Source: Dehalococcoidia bacterium (GTDB taxonomy: Bacteria; Chloroflexota; Dehalococcoidia; UBA2979). From it: a stretch of 64,000 bases of DNA. Location of the stretch: positions 992,001 to 1,056,000 of the forward strand of contig OZ219871.1 in NCBI GenBank assembly GCA_964291495.2, written 5' to 3'. The position numbers were made by a program, and so were the translations under genes. Positions within the stretch are counted from its first letter, which is position 1, and each line of letters starts with the position of its first letter. Positions 32,850 to 42,661 of this stretch are shown here, piece after piece. Below the pieces are notes generated by a model. That model did no database searches. It worked only from the letters and a program-made list of their open reading frames with translations, and was not told the DNA's origin.

Positions 32850-33803
32850 CTACTTGATCGCGTAGGCGTTGGGCGGCGAGCCGACACCGCCGAGGATGTT
32901 GAGCGGCGAGGAGACGAGCATGAACTCGTAGACGCCGTCCTCGGCGCAGTCGGCGGCGAGCGGCGCGAGGTTGAAGTACTCGCCGATCGCGATGCCGAGC
33001 ATCGGCAGCAGGCGGCGGTGCTGGAAGCCCTCCTCGGGCTTGACGTGCAGCGCCTCCATCGCGTGCGTGTCGGCGGCCACCGCGCTGATGCCGCGGTTCC
33101 AGAGCCACGCCGCCGTCTCGCGCTGGCCGTCGAGGCCGGGCGCCTGCATCCCCTCCGGCGTCGGCGCGACCGACCCCTGCAGGGCCATCCGCGTATCGAG
33201 GTCGAGCGAGAGCAGCCACTCGAGCCAGCCGGTGTTGAGCAGCAGCGTGTCGCCGGGCTCGATCGCCACGCCCTGCGCCTCCGCGATCTCCTCGATCATC
33301 GGGCCGGTGATGGCGAAGCGCTCGTCGGGCGCGCAGTCGTAGTGGCGTTTCGCGTCGATCAGCACGCCGCGGCCGACGATGCCGCGCTCGGCCCACTGGT
33401 CGATGCCGCACTCGCGGCCCTCGTTGACGTCCTCGTCCTGGCGGCCGCCCCAGTAGCCGTACTGGCGGTAGCGCACGTGGGCGAGGGCGTCCCACTGGCT
33501 GGAGCCCTGCAGGAAGAAGCCGTCGACCCAGTCGTCGCGGGTCTGGCGGCCGGTCTCGATGTGGTGGACGAAGCGCGTGCGGTGGCTGAGCGGCGGGTCC
33601 GGCTCGTTGAGCGGCAGATCGAGGTTGATCACCTTGCCCGTGCGCACCAGCCGGGCGGCGGCCACGACGTGCTCCGGGGTCACGCGGTTGAAGGAGCCGA
33701 CCTGGTCGTCGCGGCCCCAGACGTCCCAGGCGTGGCGCTCCTCGCTGCCCTCGTCCATGGTCGGCAGATCCTCGAAGGCGGGCGTTCCGGTCGCTGGCGG
33801 CAT
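32850..33803 (-). CDS. Cyclase family (kynurenine formamidase-like) metal-dependent hydrolase
   Basis: SSQWDALAH, GIVGRGVLID, GDTLLLNTGW, IGEYFNL, GSPPNAYAI. Confidence 0.85.
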   Translation of the reverse strand: MPPATGTPAFEDLPTMDEGSEERHAWDVWGRDDQVGSFNRVTPEHVVAAARLVRTGKVINLDLPLNEPDPPLSHRTRFVHHIETGRQTRDDWVDGFFLQGSSQWDALAHVRYRQYGYWGGRQDEDVNEGRECGIDQWAERGIVGRGVLIDAKRHYDCAPDERFAITGPMIEEIAEAQGVAIEPGDTLLLNTGWLEWLLSLDLDTRMALQGSVAPTPEGMQAPGLDGQRETAAWLWNRGISAVAADTHAMEALHVKPEEGFQHRRLLPMLGIAIGEYFNLAPLAADCAEDGVYEFMLVSSPLNILGGVGSPPNAYAIK

Positions 33804-33907
33804 CGCTGCATCCTTCCGGTCGATTCGGTGTGCGGCGGCGGCCGGACGATTCTAGAGGCTCGGGCCGGGGCGGGCAGGCGACGGCGGGCGAGGCACGCCG
33901 AAGACGC

Positions 33908-34147
33908 TCAACGCCTGTGCAACTCTTCGCGCGAGGGGTGCGCCTTCCCGCCGCTCAGGGAGCGAGGCCGCCGTGCGAAGTAGGAGCGGCGCGCCTGCTC
34001 GTAGCGATCGGCCTCGCGGCCGGCACGGGCCATCTGCTCGCGCAGCAGGCCGACGACGAACTGCGAGACACTGGTGTCTTGACGGGCCGCCTCGATGCGG
34101 GCCCAGCGAGCAGTCTCGTCGTCCAGGGTGATAGTCACGTTTCTCAC
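33908..34147 (-). CDS. Ribbon-helix-helix (CopG-like) antitoxin-type protein, orphan
   Basis: NVTITLDDETARWARIEAA..DTSVS ... SREELHRR. Confidence 0.75.
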   Translation of the reverse strand: MRNVTITLDDETARWARIEAARQDTSVSQFVVGLLREQMARAGREADRYEQARRSYFARRPRSLSGGKAHPSREELHRR

Positions 34148-34190
34148 GGATTCACTCTAGCCTGACCTGGATCGCGCGTAGAGGCCCCGA

Positions 34191-35432
34191 TCACCCCGCC
34201 GCCGCCCGCTCACGCGTGCTCGCGGGCGGGCGGAGCAGCAGCAGCAGGACGAGGTTGGCGGCCGCGGCGGCGGCGATGCCGCTCGCGAGGGCGACCTGGT
34301 CGATCTCGATCAGCTGGCTGAAGGTGATGTTGTAGACCGTGGCGATCGCCATCTGGGCGAACCCGAGCACCGCCGAGGCGAGACCCGCCATGCGCTCGAA
34401 GGGGATCATCGCGCCGGCCATCGCCGGCGGGCGGGCGAGACCGTTGCCCGCGGCGAACACGAACATCGGCAGCAGGACGGCCCACGGATTGGCGACGCCG
34501 CCCCAGGCGAGCCCCGCCATCACGCCGCCGGCGCCCGCGCCGAAGACGGCGCCGAGCAGCACCACCCGCGAGTTCGCCCAGCGCACCACCAGCCGGCTCG
34601 AGAGCCACGCACCGCTCATGATCCCGACCGCCGCGAATCCGAAGGCGAGCCCGAACTGGCCGGCGGTGAGCCCGAGCTCGTCGATCAGCACGAACGACGA
34701 GCCGGAGATGAAGACCAGTTGGCCGCTGAACATCAACCCCATCGTCAGCGAGTAGGCGAGGAAGATGCGGCTCGAGAACAGCTCCCGGTAGTTCCTGCCC
34801 ATCTGCACCGCGCCGAGGGCCGTCCGGTCGCGGCGCACGTTCGTCTCCGGCAGCACCAGCTGGTAGGCGACGAGCAGGAACACGCCGATGCCGATCAGCG
34901 TCACGAAGACGGCGCGCCAGTCGAACAGGTCCTGCAACACGCCCCCGATGATCGGCGCGAGCGTCGGCGCCAGCGGCGTGGCGATCGTCATGTACGCCAG
35001 CACCCGCGCGGCGCGGTCCCGGCCGAACACATCGAGCACCATCGCGCGGCCGATCGCGGGACCGGCGCCGCCGCCGACACCCTGGATGACGCGCCCGACG
35101 ATCAGCGCCTCCGCCGACCACGCGAACAGCGACATCAGGCCCCCGGCGATGAAGAGCACGAGGCCGGCGACGAGCGCGGGACGCCGTCCGAAGCGGTCCG
35201 AGACCGGCCCGTAGACGAGCTGCGAAGCCGCGAACGCAAGCAGGAACAGCGTGACCGCGAGCTGAATCGTCGAGGTCGGCGCCTCGAACTCCCTCGCCAT
35301 GTTCGGCATCGAGGGGAGGAACATGTCGATCGCGAGGGGCGCGGTCGTGTTCAGGCCGATCAGCAGCGCGACGGCGCGCTTCGACTCGGCGCGCTCGCGG
35401 ATCGAGGACGCGGGGGGATCGTTCGTGGCCAA
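34191..35432 (-). CDS. Bcr/CflA-family multidrug MFS transporter
   Basis: PLAIDMFLPSMP, GPVSDRFGRRP, WRAVF, LPET. Confidence 0.9.
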   Translation of the reverse strand: MATNDPPASSIRERAESKRAVALLIGLNTTAPLAIDMFLPSMPNMAREFEAPTSTIQLAVTLFLLAFAASQLVYGPVSDRFGRRPALVAGLVLFIAGGLMSLFAWSAEALIVGRVIQGVGGGAGPAIGRAMVLDVFGRDRAARVLAYMTIATPLAPTLAPIIGGVLQDLFDWRAVFVTLIGIGVFLLVAYQLVLPETNVRRDRTALGAVQMGRNYRELFSSRIFLAYSLTMGLMFSGQLVFISGSSFVLIDELGLTAGQFGLAFGFAAVGIMSGAWLSSRLVVRWANSRVVLLGAVFGAGAGGVMAGLAWGGVANPWAVLLPMFVFAAGNGLARPPAMAGAMIPFERMAGLASAVLGFAQMAIATVYNITFSQLIEIDQVALASGIAAAAAANLVLLLLLRPPASTRERAAAG

Positions 35433-35633
35433 GGGCGCCCGTTCTGGCCGCTCGCTGCGTCATCGGCGACCCCTGGAGCATCGGGGCGGCGCGCGGGTGG
35501 ATCAATCGTCCGGCCGCGCCCGGGTCGCGAGTGGGGGTGGGGAGCGGGCCGGGTGGTCCAGTCCGGTATGCTCGTTGTGGTTCTTCACACACCTCGGCGA
35601 GCGAGCGTCAGCCGGTCGGAAGGGAGCCCTCCC

Positions 35634-35951
35634 GTGGAACTCGCCCCGCTACTGGCGCTGATGGCGGTGTGCGCCGCCGCAAGCGGCGCCGTCGCCAGGT
35701 GGAAGCGGCGCCGGATATGGCTGTGGGCCCTGCTAGGGGCGCTCTTCACCATCGCCGCCCTCATCATCGTCGCCGTCGTGCCGCGAAGCCGCACGCGAGT
35801 TGCGGGCGGCGGCAGCCTCCCCGAAGGGGCGGACCACGACTCACGGCTGCGCGCGCAGGCCGAGGGAGCGGAACTCCGGCGTCGTTCGGACGACGCGCGC
35901 TCCGAAGCGCACCGGGACATGTCGTCCCACATCCCCGGCGGGGGCTTCTGA
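35634..35951 (+). CDS. Small membrane protein, unknown function
   Basis: Two TM segments around KRRRIWLWALLG; GGGAG RBS before GTG. Confidence 0.6.
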   Translation: MELAPLLALMAVCAAASGAVARWKRRRIWLWALLGALFTIAALIIVAVVPRSRTRVAGGGSLPEGADHDSRLRAQAEGAELRRRSDDARSEAHRDMSSHIPGGGF

Positions 35952-36106
35952 GGCGCATCGCGAAGGTGGAGCTTACTCGCGCCGAACCTCGCCCGCTGGG
36001 CGCAGCCCCTGACTCGACCCTGCGATAGGCTAGACGCCGCCTCGAGTCCCCCGAGGACGACCAGCCGCGGCCGCTTCCCGCCGGCCGCTCGCGAGGGAGC
36101 GCGCCG

Positions 36107-37429
36107 ACGACTGCACAACCCCGCGACGACGACCGCGAGGATGCGCCCTCGCACGAGGGCACGCGCCCGGACGCGGAGGCGGAAGGGCTCCCCACGCCCG
36201 CGCAACTGATCAGGGGCGTCGCCGCGGCGCCGACGTTCGCCTCGCTGCACGACCGCGATTTCCGCTGGTTCTTCTTCGCCTCGCTCAGCCAGAACGCGGC
36301 GATGAACATGCAGATGCTCGCGCGCGGCTTCCTCGTCTTCGAGCTGACCGGCTCCTACGCCGCTCTCGGCACCCTCGCGCTGGTGCACGCGGTCTCGATG
36401 CTCGCGTTCTCGCTCTACGGGGGCGTGCTCGCCGACGGCCGCTCGAAGCGCATGATCCTCCAGCTGGGCCAGATCGCGGCCGCCCTCAACGCCGCGGCGG
36501 TCGCGACGCTGCTCTTCGCGGACCTGCTGCGCTGGGAACACCTGCTCGTCGCGGCCTTCGCCCAGGGCGTGACCAGCGGGCTGATGATGCCGGCCCGCCA
36601 GGCGATGCCGCCCGAGATCGTCCAGCCCTCGCTGCTCCAGAACGCCGTCTCGCTCAACACGGCGAACATGAACGTCATGCGCCTGCTCGGGCCGGCCCTC
36701 GCCGGCGTGCTGCTCGCGGTCACCGAGGCGGAGTGGGTCTACACGATCATGACCGTGCTGTTCACGCTCTCGATCGTCCTGCTTGCCCGCGTGCCGAAGC
36801 GGGCGCCACGCCCGCGCTCGATGAGCGCCGCGAACGTCCTCAGGGAGCTGCGCGAGGGCTTCACCTACATCCGGCGCACGCCGACGGTGTTCTCGCTGCT
36901 GGCGATCGGCTTCACGACCTCGCTGCTGGGGATGCCCTACATCCGCCTCATGCCGGGCTTCGTCGCCGACGTGCTGAACGGGGACTCGGCGCAACTCGGC
37001 ATCCTGATGAGCCTCGCCGGCTTCGGCTCGCTCACCGGGGCGCTGGCGCTGGCCTCGTTGCGATCGAGGCGGCGCGGCAAGCTGCTGCTGTTGAGCATGG
37101 TGGTGATGGGTCTCGGCCTGACGGCGTTCTCCGCATCCTCGATCTTCGCGATCTCGATCGTCCTGATGTTCGTCGTCGGGATCGGCGAGGCGGGGCGGCA
37201 GGCGCTCAACGTGGTGCTGATCCACCAGTACGCCGACGACGCCTACCGGGGCCGCGTGATGAGCGTGCTCATGACGCAGGTCGGCACGATGGCGCTCGGC
37301 GCCTTCATCGTCGGCCTGATCGCCGAGGCGGTGGGCCCGCAGGTCGGCCTCGGCAGCTTCGCGCTGTTGCTCGTCCTCGTCGCGATCGCCGTGCACCTCT
37401 TCGTCCCGCGGGTGCGCGAGATCCAGTAG
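36107..37429 (+). CDS. MFS transporter (start codon non-canonical or uncertain)
   Basis: TFASLHDRDFRWFF N-terminus lies upstream of the first ATG (36302); 12-TM pattern; YRGRVMS. Confidence 0.8.
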   Translation, partial: TTAQPRDDDREDAPSHEGTRPDAEAEGLPTPAQLIRGVAAAPTFASLHDRDFRWFFFASLSQNAAMNMQMLARGFLVFELTGSYAALGTLALVHAVSMLAFSLYGGVLADGRSKRMILQLGQIAAALNAAAVATLLFADLLRWEHLLVAAFAQGVTSGLMMPARQAMPPEIVQPSLLQNAVSLNTANMNVMRLLGPALAGVLLAVTEAEWVYTIMTVLFTLSIVLLARVPKRAPRPRSMSAANVLRELREGFTYIRRTPTVFSLLAIGFTTSLLGMPYIRLMPGFVADVLNGDSAQLGILMSLAGFGSLTGALALASLRSRRRGKLLLLSMVVMGLGLTAFSASSIFAISIVLMFVVGIGEAGRQALNVVLIHQYADDAYRGRVMSVLMTQVGTMALGAFIVGLIAEAVGPQVGLGSFALLLVLVAIAVHLFVPRVREIQ

Positions 37430-37535
37430 CGCGCGCCCGTGCGCTACGCTGGGGGCCGCTGCGAGCCCTCCCGGCCGCTTCGCGAACACGCCGACGACTC
37501 GACAGCGCCGCGAGGACGACCGCGAGGACGCGCCG

Positions 37536-38816
37536 ATGCGAGGCAGCACGCGCCTGGACGCGCAACCGGAGCGGCCCGCGGCCACCTCGCGGCTGCTTCG
37601 CGGCCTGACGTCGGCGCGCACCTTCGAGTCCCTGCACGACCGCGACTTCCGCTGGTTCTTCGTCGCCACGCTCGGCCTGAACGCGACGATGAACATGCAG
37701 ATGCTCGCGCGCGGCTACCTCGTGTTCGAGCTCACCGGGTCCTATGCGGCGCTCGGAACGATGGCGCTGTTCCTGTCCGTGGTGATGCTCGGCTTCTCAC
37801 TCTACGGGGGCGTGATCGCGGACCGGCGCTCCAAGCGCCTCGTGGTCCAGGTCGGGCAGATCGGAGCCGCGCTGACCTCGGCGGCGGTGGCCGTGCTGCT
37901 CTTCATGGATCAGCTGCGCTACGAGCACCTGCTGGTCGCCGCGATGGCGCAGGGAGCGACCAGCGGCGTGATCTTCCCGGCGCTGCAATCGATGCCGCCG
38001 GAGATCGTCGGCCTGGCCCGCCTGCAGAACGCCGTGTCGCTCAACATGGCGGGCATGAACACGATGCGGCTGTTCGGCCCGATGCTCGCCGGGGTGATGC
38101 TCGCGATCGTCGGTCCGGAGTGGGTCTACGTGCTGATGACCGCGCTGTTCCTGCTCTCCGTCGTCCTGCTCCTCCGGGTGCCGGCGCGCGAACCGGACGC
38201 GGGCGCGGTGCGCAGGCGCGGCGGGATCGAGGAGTTCCGCGAGGGCCTCGCCTACATGCTCCGGACGCGCACCGTCTTCCTGCTGCTCGTCCTCAGCTTC
38301 GCGACCTCGCTGCTCGGGATGCCTTACATCCGGCTCCTGCCCGGATTCGTCGCCGACGTGCTGAACGGAGACGCGGCGCAACTCGGCCTGATGATGAGCG
38401 TGGCCGGCATCGGATCACTGGTTGGGGTGCTCGCGCTGGCCTCGCTGGACTCGGGGCAGCGGGGCAAGCTGCTGCTGCTGAGCGTGGTGGTGACCGGCCT
38501 CGGCCTAACGGCCTTCTCCGCCTCCTCGCACTACGTCCTCTCGCTCGCGCTGATGGTCGTCGTCGGGGTGGGCGAGTCAGGCCGGCAGGCGCTGAACAAC
38601 GTGCTGCTCCACACGCACGTGGAGGACGCCTACCGCGGCCGCATGGCGAGCGTCTTCATGATGCAGGTGGGAACCATGGCCCTCGGTGCCTTCGCGGTCG
38701 GTCTGATCGCCGAGGTGGTGGGGCCGCAGGTCGGCCTTGGCAGCTTCTCCCTGCTGCTCGTCCTGGTTGCGCTCGCGATCTACGCCTTCGTCCCGCGCCT
38801 CCGCGACCTCGAGTAG
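37536..38816 (+). CDS. MFS transporter, tandem paralogue of the preceding gene
   Basis: TFESLHDRDFRWFF, MNMQMLARG, GGVIADRRSKR; long identical stretches shared with neighbour. Confidence 0.9.
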   Translation: MRGSTRLDAQPERPAATSRLLRGLTSARTFESLHDRDFRWFFVATLGLNATMNMQMLARGYLVFELTGSYAALGTMALFLSVVMLGFSLYGGVIADRRSKRLVVQVGQIGAALTSAAVAVLLFMDQLRYEHLLVAAMAQGATSGVIFPALQSMPPEIVGLARLQNAVSLNMAGMNTMRLFGPMLAGVMLAIVGPEWVYVLMTALFLLSVVLLLRVPAREPDAGAVRRRGGIEEFREGLAYMLRTRTVFLLLVLSFATSLLGMPYIRLLPGFVADVLNGDAAQLGLMMSVAGIGSLVGVLALASLDSGQRGKLLLLSVVVTGLGLTAFSASSHYVLSLALMVVVGVGESGRQALNNVLLHTHVEDAYRGRMASVFMMQVGTMALGAFAVGLIAEVVGPQVGLGSFSLLLVLVALAIYAFVPRLRDLE

Positions 38817-38843
38817 CGCCGCCCCTCGATGGACCCTCTCCCT

Positions 38844-39285
38844 TCCGGCCCCCTCTCCTGGGGGAGAGGGTTGGGGTGAGGGGGCTCGCCCGCCGCTGCT
38901 CCTGCCTCGAGGGGTTGTTGCGCCGCCCTCGCCGTTTGGCCGGGATGACTCGGCCGGCTGGATTCCGGCTTTCGCCGGAATGACGGGAAGGGAGCCGGAA
39001 TGACGGAGTAGCGAGGGCACCCCCTCCGGCCCCCTCTCCCGGGGGAGAGGGTGGGGGTGAGGGGGCTCGCCCGCCGCCGCTCCTGCCTCGAGGGCTTGTT
39101 GCGCCGCCCTCGCCGTTTGGCCTGGACGACCCGGCCGGCTGGATTCCGGCTTTCGCCGGAATGACGGGTAGGAGAGCCGGAATGATGGAGTAGCGAGGGC
39201 GCTCCCCTCCGGCCCCCTCTCCCGGGGGAGAGGGTTGGGGTGAGGGGGCTCGCCCGCCGCTGCTCCTGCCTCGAGGGGTTGTGCG
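38844..39285. repeat. Tandem composite REP-like repeat, ~180-bp unit x ~2.5
   Basis: Units start at about 38844, 39024 and 39208; each has CCCCCTCTCC..GGGAGAGGG..GGGTGAGGGG, and the two full units add CTGGATTCCGGCTTTCGCCGGAATGACGG. Confidence 0.92.
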
Positions 39286-39313
39286 CCCTCGGCGCTGCTC
39301 GCACCCGCCGCGA

Positions 39314-39748
39314 TCAGCGGACGGGCCGGCGGTCGCGGACGATCTCGGTGAGGATGCCGTCGGCGGAGGCGGGGTGGAAGAAGGAGGTCGTGATGTCCTC
39401 GATCGGCTCGCCGAAGTCGATGTAGCGCAGGCCGTTGTCGATGAACTGCTTCGTGTCGGCAACCACGTCGTCGCTGCCGTAGCCGATGTGGTGCAGCCCC
39501 GGCCCGCGCCGCTCGAGGTAGCGACCGATGCCGCTCTGCGCGTCGTCGGGCAGCAGGATCTCGATCTTCGTCTCGCTGACGCCGACCCGCACGAAGAAGA
39601 TTCGCGTGCGCTCCGGGGCGAAGTAGCCGCCATCAGGCATGGGCGCGCGGTCCGTGTCCCAGGCGAGGCCGAGCCGCTCGACGAGCACGTCGCCAGCCTG
39701 CTCGAGGCTGTGCGACACGATCCCGATGTGGTCGACGTAGGTGATCAT
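39314..39748 (-). CDS. VOC-family protein (methylmalonyl-CoA epimerase-like)
   Basis: DHIGI, KIEIL, GPGLHHIG, FFHP...GILTEI. Confidence 0.85.
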   Translation of the reverse strand: MITYVDHIGIVSHSLEQAGDVLVERLGLAWDTDRAPMPDGGYFAPERTRIFFVRVGVSETKIEILLPDDAQSGIGRYLERRGPGLHHIGYGSDDVVADTKQFIDNGLRYIDFGEPIEDITTSFFHPASADGILTEIVRDRRPVR

Positions 39749-39873
39749 CCCGTCCCCCTCCCGCGCTCGCCGTCGAGGCGAAGCCTAGCGGCTGCGGCTC
39801 GCCGTCGCTGCGACTACTCAACCAGCCTCCGTATACTCACGAGCCACGAGGACTCCCACCACCCGGAGGCGTC

Positions 39874-42351
39874 ATGGGCGAGCTCGAAGCGCCGCTGACC
39901 GGCATCCGCGTGCTCGATCTCGGGCAGGCCGCCGTCGGCCCGGTCGCCGCCGAGTACCTTGCGTGGCTCGGCGCGGACGTGATCAAGGTCGAGTCGCCAC
40001 AGGGCGACATGGTGCGCAACACCCGGCCCGAGCTGCGCGGCATGGGCCACACCTTCCTCGGCAACAACCTCGGCAAGCGCGGGATCGTGCTCGACCTCAA
40101 GCAGCCCGAGGAGTTCGCGCGAGGCGAGGACCTGATCCGCACCGCCGACGTGCTGATCGAGAACTTCCGCTCGCCCGCCGTGATGGAGCGGCTGGGCCTC
40201 GGCTGGGAGCGCTTGCAGGAGCTCAACCCGCGCCTCATCTACCTGCAGAGCTCCGCCTTCGGTCCCGTCGGGCCGATGGTCGGCATGACCAGCAACGAGT
40301 GGTTCTCGCAGGCCGCCGGCGGGGCGACCAGCCTCAACGGCCAGTCCGGCGGCCCGCCCGAGTTCTCGCGCGGAACGCCCTCGATCGACTGGAACGGGGC
40401 GGCCGTCAACCTCGAGGCGCTGCTCGTCGGGCTGTGGGTGCGCGAGCGCACCGGCCGAGGGCTGCGCATCCACAACTCGCAGCTGCAGTGCACGATGTTC
40501 GGGGCGACCACGCGGATCGCCGAGTACCTCGCGACCGCCGAGCCGCCGCCGCGGCTCGGCAGCGCGCGCAGCAACATCGTGCCGGACCAGGCGTTCGCCA
40601 CCGCCGAGGGCTACGTGGCGGTGAGCGCGCTCAACCAGCGCCTCTGGACGCGGCTCTGTGGGGCCCTCGAGCGCCCGGACCTCGCCGCCGACCCGCGCTT
40701 CGCGAGCAACGCACTACGCGTCGAGAACCGCGAGGCGCTGATCCCGCTGCTGGAAGCGGCCTTCGCCGAGCGGAGCGCCTCGGAGTGGGTGGAGCGGCTG
40801 CACGCCGCCCGCGTCCCGGCCTCGGAGGTGCTGACCGGGCTGCCGCTGATCGAGGGCCTGCTGGCGCATCCGCAGGCAAGCGGGCAGCGCTTCCTCAGCG
40901 TGATGGACACGCCCTGGGGCGACATGGGCACGGCCGAGCCGCACTGGCGCTTCGACAAGTCCCGCGCGCGCATCACCAGCCCCTCGCCCGCGCAGGGCCA
41001 GCACACCGACGAGGTGCTGCGCGAGCTCGAGGACGAGGTGGCCGCGCTCCCGCCTCCGGCGCCCGTCGCGCGCATCGGCGCGCGCGGCAACGGCGCCACG
41101 GCGGCAAGCGATGACGCCGCGCCCGCCCTCGCGGGCCTGCGCGTGCTCGACCTCTCGCAGGGCGTCTCCGGCCCGATCTGCGCGATGCAGCTCGGCGACC
41201 TCGGCGCGGACGTGATCAAGATCGAGCCGCCCGAGGGCGACTGGATCCGCGAGATCGGCCCATTCCACACTCCGGCAGAGGGCGAGCCGGAAAGCGCGCT
41301 CTACCTGCAACTCAACCGCAACAAGCGCGGCATCGCGCTCGACCTCAAGTCGCCCGAGGGCAGGGCCGTCCTCGAGCGGCTGCTCGACGGCGCCGACGTG
41401 CTGCTCGAGGGCTACCGGCCGGGCGTGATGGAGCGCCTCGGCCTTGGCTACGAGGAGCTCTCGAAGCGCTATCCGCGGCTGATCTACCTCTCGATCAGCG
41501 GACAGGGCGCCGAGGGGCCGCTGGCCGAGGCGCCCGCGAGCGAGCTGGACGTGCAGGCCGTGGTCGGCTCCAACCGGCACCTCGGTCGGGCGAGCGAGCC
41601 GCCGGTCCGCTACGGCTACGACCTCGCCTCGGTGGGAGCCGGCATCGCCGGCGTGCACGGGGTGCTGACGGCGCTGCTCTGGCGCGAGCGGAACGGCCTC
41701 GGGCAGCACGTGCAGACCTCGCTGCTGCAGACCTTCATCGCGATGCACCAGTGGACGATCAGCGCGGAGCTCGCCGTCGAGGATCGCGTCGGCCGCCCCC
41801 TCACCGGCGCCGACGAGGAGCCCGACCACGGCTTCGAGACCGCCGACGGCCACGCGCTGATCACGATGCGTGGCGACGAGGGCGCCTGGGCCAAGTTCCT
41901 GATCGCCATCGACCGCCCCGAGGTGCTCCTCGACCCGCGCTACGAGGCGCCGGACACGCTGATGCGCAACCTGCACCTGCTGCCGCCGCTGGTGAACGAC
42001 CGCACGCGCCAGATCCCCTTCGAGGAGCTGCGCACGCTGGTGCAGGACGAGCTCGGCTACACGATCGTGCGCATGCACGACCTGCGCTCGCTGCTCGCGG
42101 ACGCGCAGACCGAGGCGCTTGGCATGATCCAGACGATCGAGGGCCACCCCACGCTCGGCCCGCTGCGCACGCTCAACGTCCCTTGGGGCTTCGAGGATGG
42201 CCTCGCCTCGCTGCGCCTCCCGCCGCCGCTGCTCGGCCAGCACGGCGCCGAGGTGCTGGCGGAGGCTGGCTACGAGGAGGCGGAGATCGCCCGCCTCGCG
42301 GAGTCGGGCGCGGTGCGCCTCGCGCCTCGGGCGGCGCTCGCCGGGGCGTAG
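39874..42351 (+). CDS. Tandem (two-domain) family III CoA-transferase
   Basis: Two L.G.RVLDL domains, NLGKRG and NRNKRG, P..GQH x2. Confidence 0.9.
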   Translation: MGELEAPLTGIRVLDLGQAAVGPVAAEYLAWLGADVIKVESPQGDMVRNTRPELRGMGHTFLGNNLGKRGIVLDLKQPEEFARGEDLIRTADVLIENFRSPAVMERLGLGWERLQELNPRLIYLQSSAFGPVGPMVGMTSNEWFSQAAGGATSLNGQSGGPPEFSRGTPSIDWNGAAVNLEALLVGLWVRERTGRGLRIHNSQLQCTMFGATTRIAEYLATAEPPPRLGSARSNIVPDQAFATAEGYVAVSALNQRLWTRLCGALERPDLAADPRFASNALRVENREALIPLLEAAFAERSASEWVERLHAARVPASEVLTGLPLIEGLLAHPQASGQRFLSVMDTPWGDMGTAEPHWRFDKSRARITSPSPAQGQHTDEVLRELEDEVAALPPPAPVARIGARGNGATAASDDAAPALAGLRVLDLSQGVSGPICAMQLGDLGADVIKIEPPEGDWIREIGPFHTPAEGEPESALYLQLNRNKRGIALDLKSPEGRAVLERLLDGADVLLEGYRPGVMERLGLGYEELSKRYPRLIYLSISGQGAEGPLAEAPASELDVQAVVGSNRHLGRASEPPVRYGYDLASVGAGIAGVHGVLTALLWRERNGLGQHVQTSLLQTFIAMHQWTISAELAVEDRVGRPLTGADEEPDHGFETADGHALITMRGDEGAWAKFLIAIDRPEVLLDPRYEAPDTLMRNLHLLPPLVNDRTRQIPFEELRTLVQDELGYTIVRMHDLRSLLADAQTEALGMIQTIEGHPTLGPLRTLNVPWGFEDGLASLRLPPPLLGQHGAEVLAEAGYEEAEIARLAESGAVRLAPRAALAGA

Positions 42352-42416
42352 CGAACTGCCCTCGACGTGATGGCACGGGCATGCTACGATGCGTGCTCCC
42401 CCAAGAGAGAGGGCTC

Positions 42417-42638
42417 GTGCCCGAGCAGAGCGCCAACGGATCCGTCCCGCTGGACGTCGTGCGCCAGGTCGTGCGCGAGGAGATCGCGCCGCTCGCTCGC
42501 GACGTCACGCAACTGCGGAGGGACGTAGCCCAGTTGGCTGAGGGCCAGAAGGTGCTCCTCGAGGACATGGCCGAGGTCAAGCAGGTCGTGCGCGGACACG
42601 AGGCCCGAATCACCGCCCTCGAACGCGGCCAGCTGTAG
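42417..42638 (+). CDS. Small coiled-coil hypothetical protein
   Basis: 73 aa heptad pattern; GAGAGG RBS; TACGAT -10 upstream. Confidence 0.55.
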   Translation: MPEQSANGSVPLDVVRQVVREEIAPLARDVTQLRRDVAQLAEGQKVLLEDMAEVKQVVRGHEARITALERGQL

Positions 42639-42661
42639 TCCTCGCCGACCGGCCGCTCGGG

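Noticed and set aside
38844-39285. Repeat-spacer-like array as CRISPR
   Set aside because: Units are ~180 bp and the intervening sequences are near-identical rather than unique; motifs match the dispersed REP-like family
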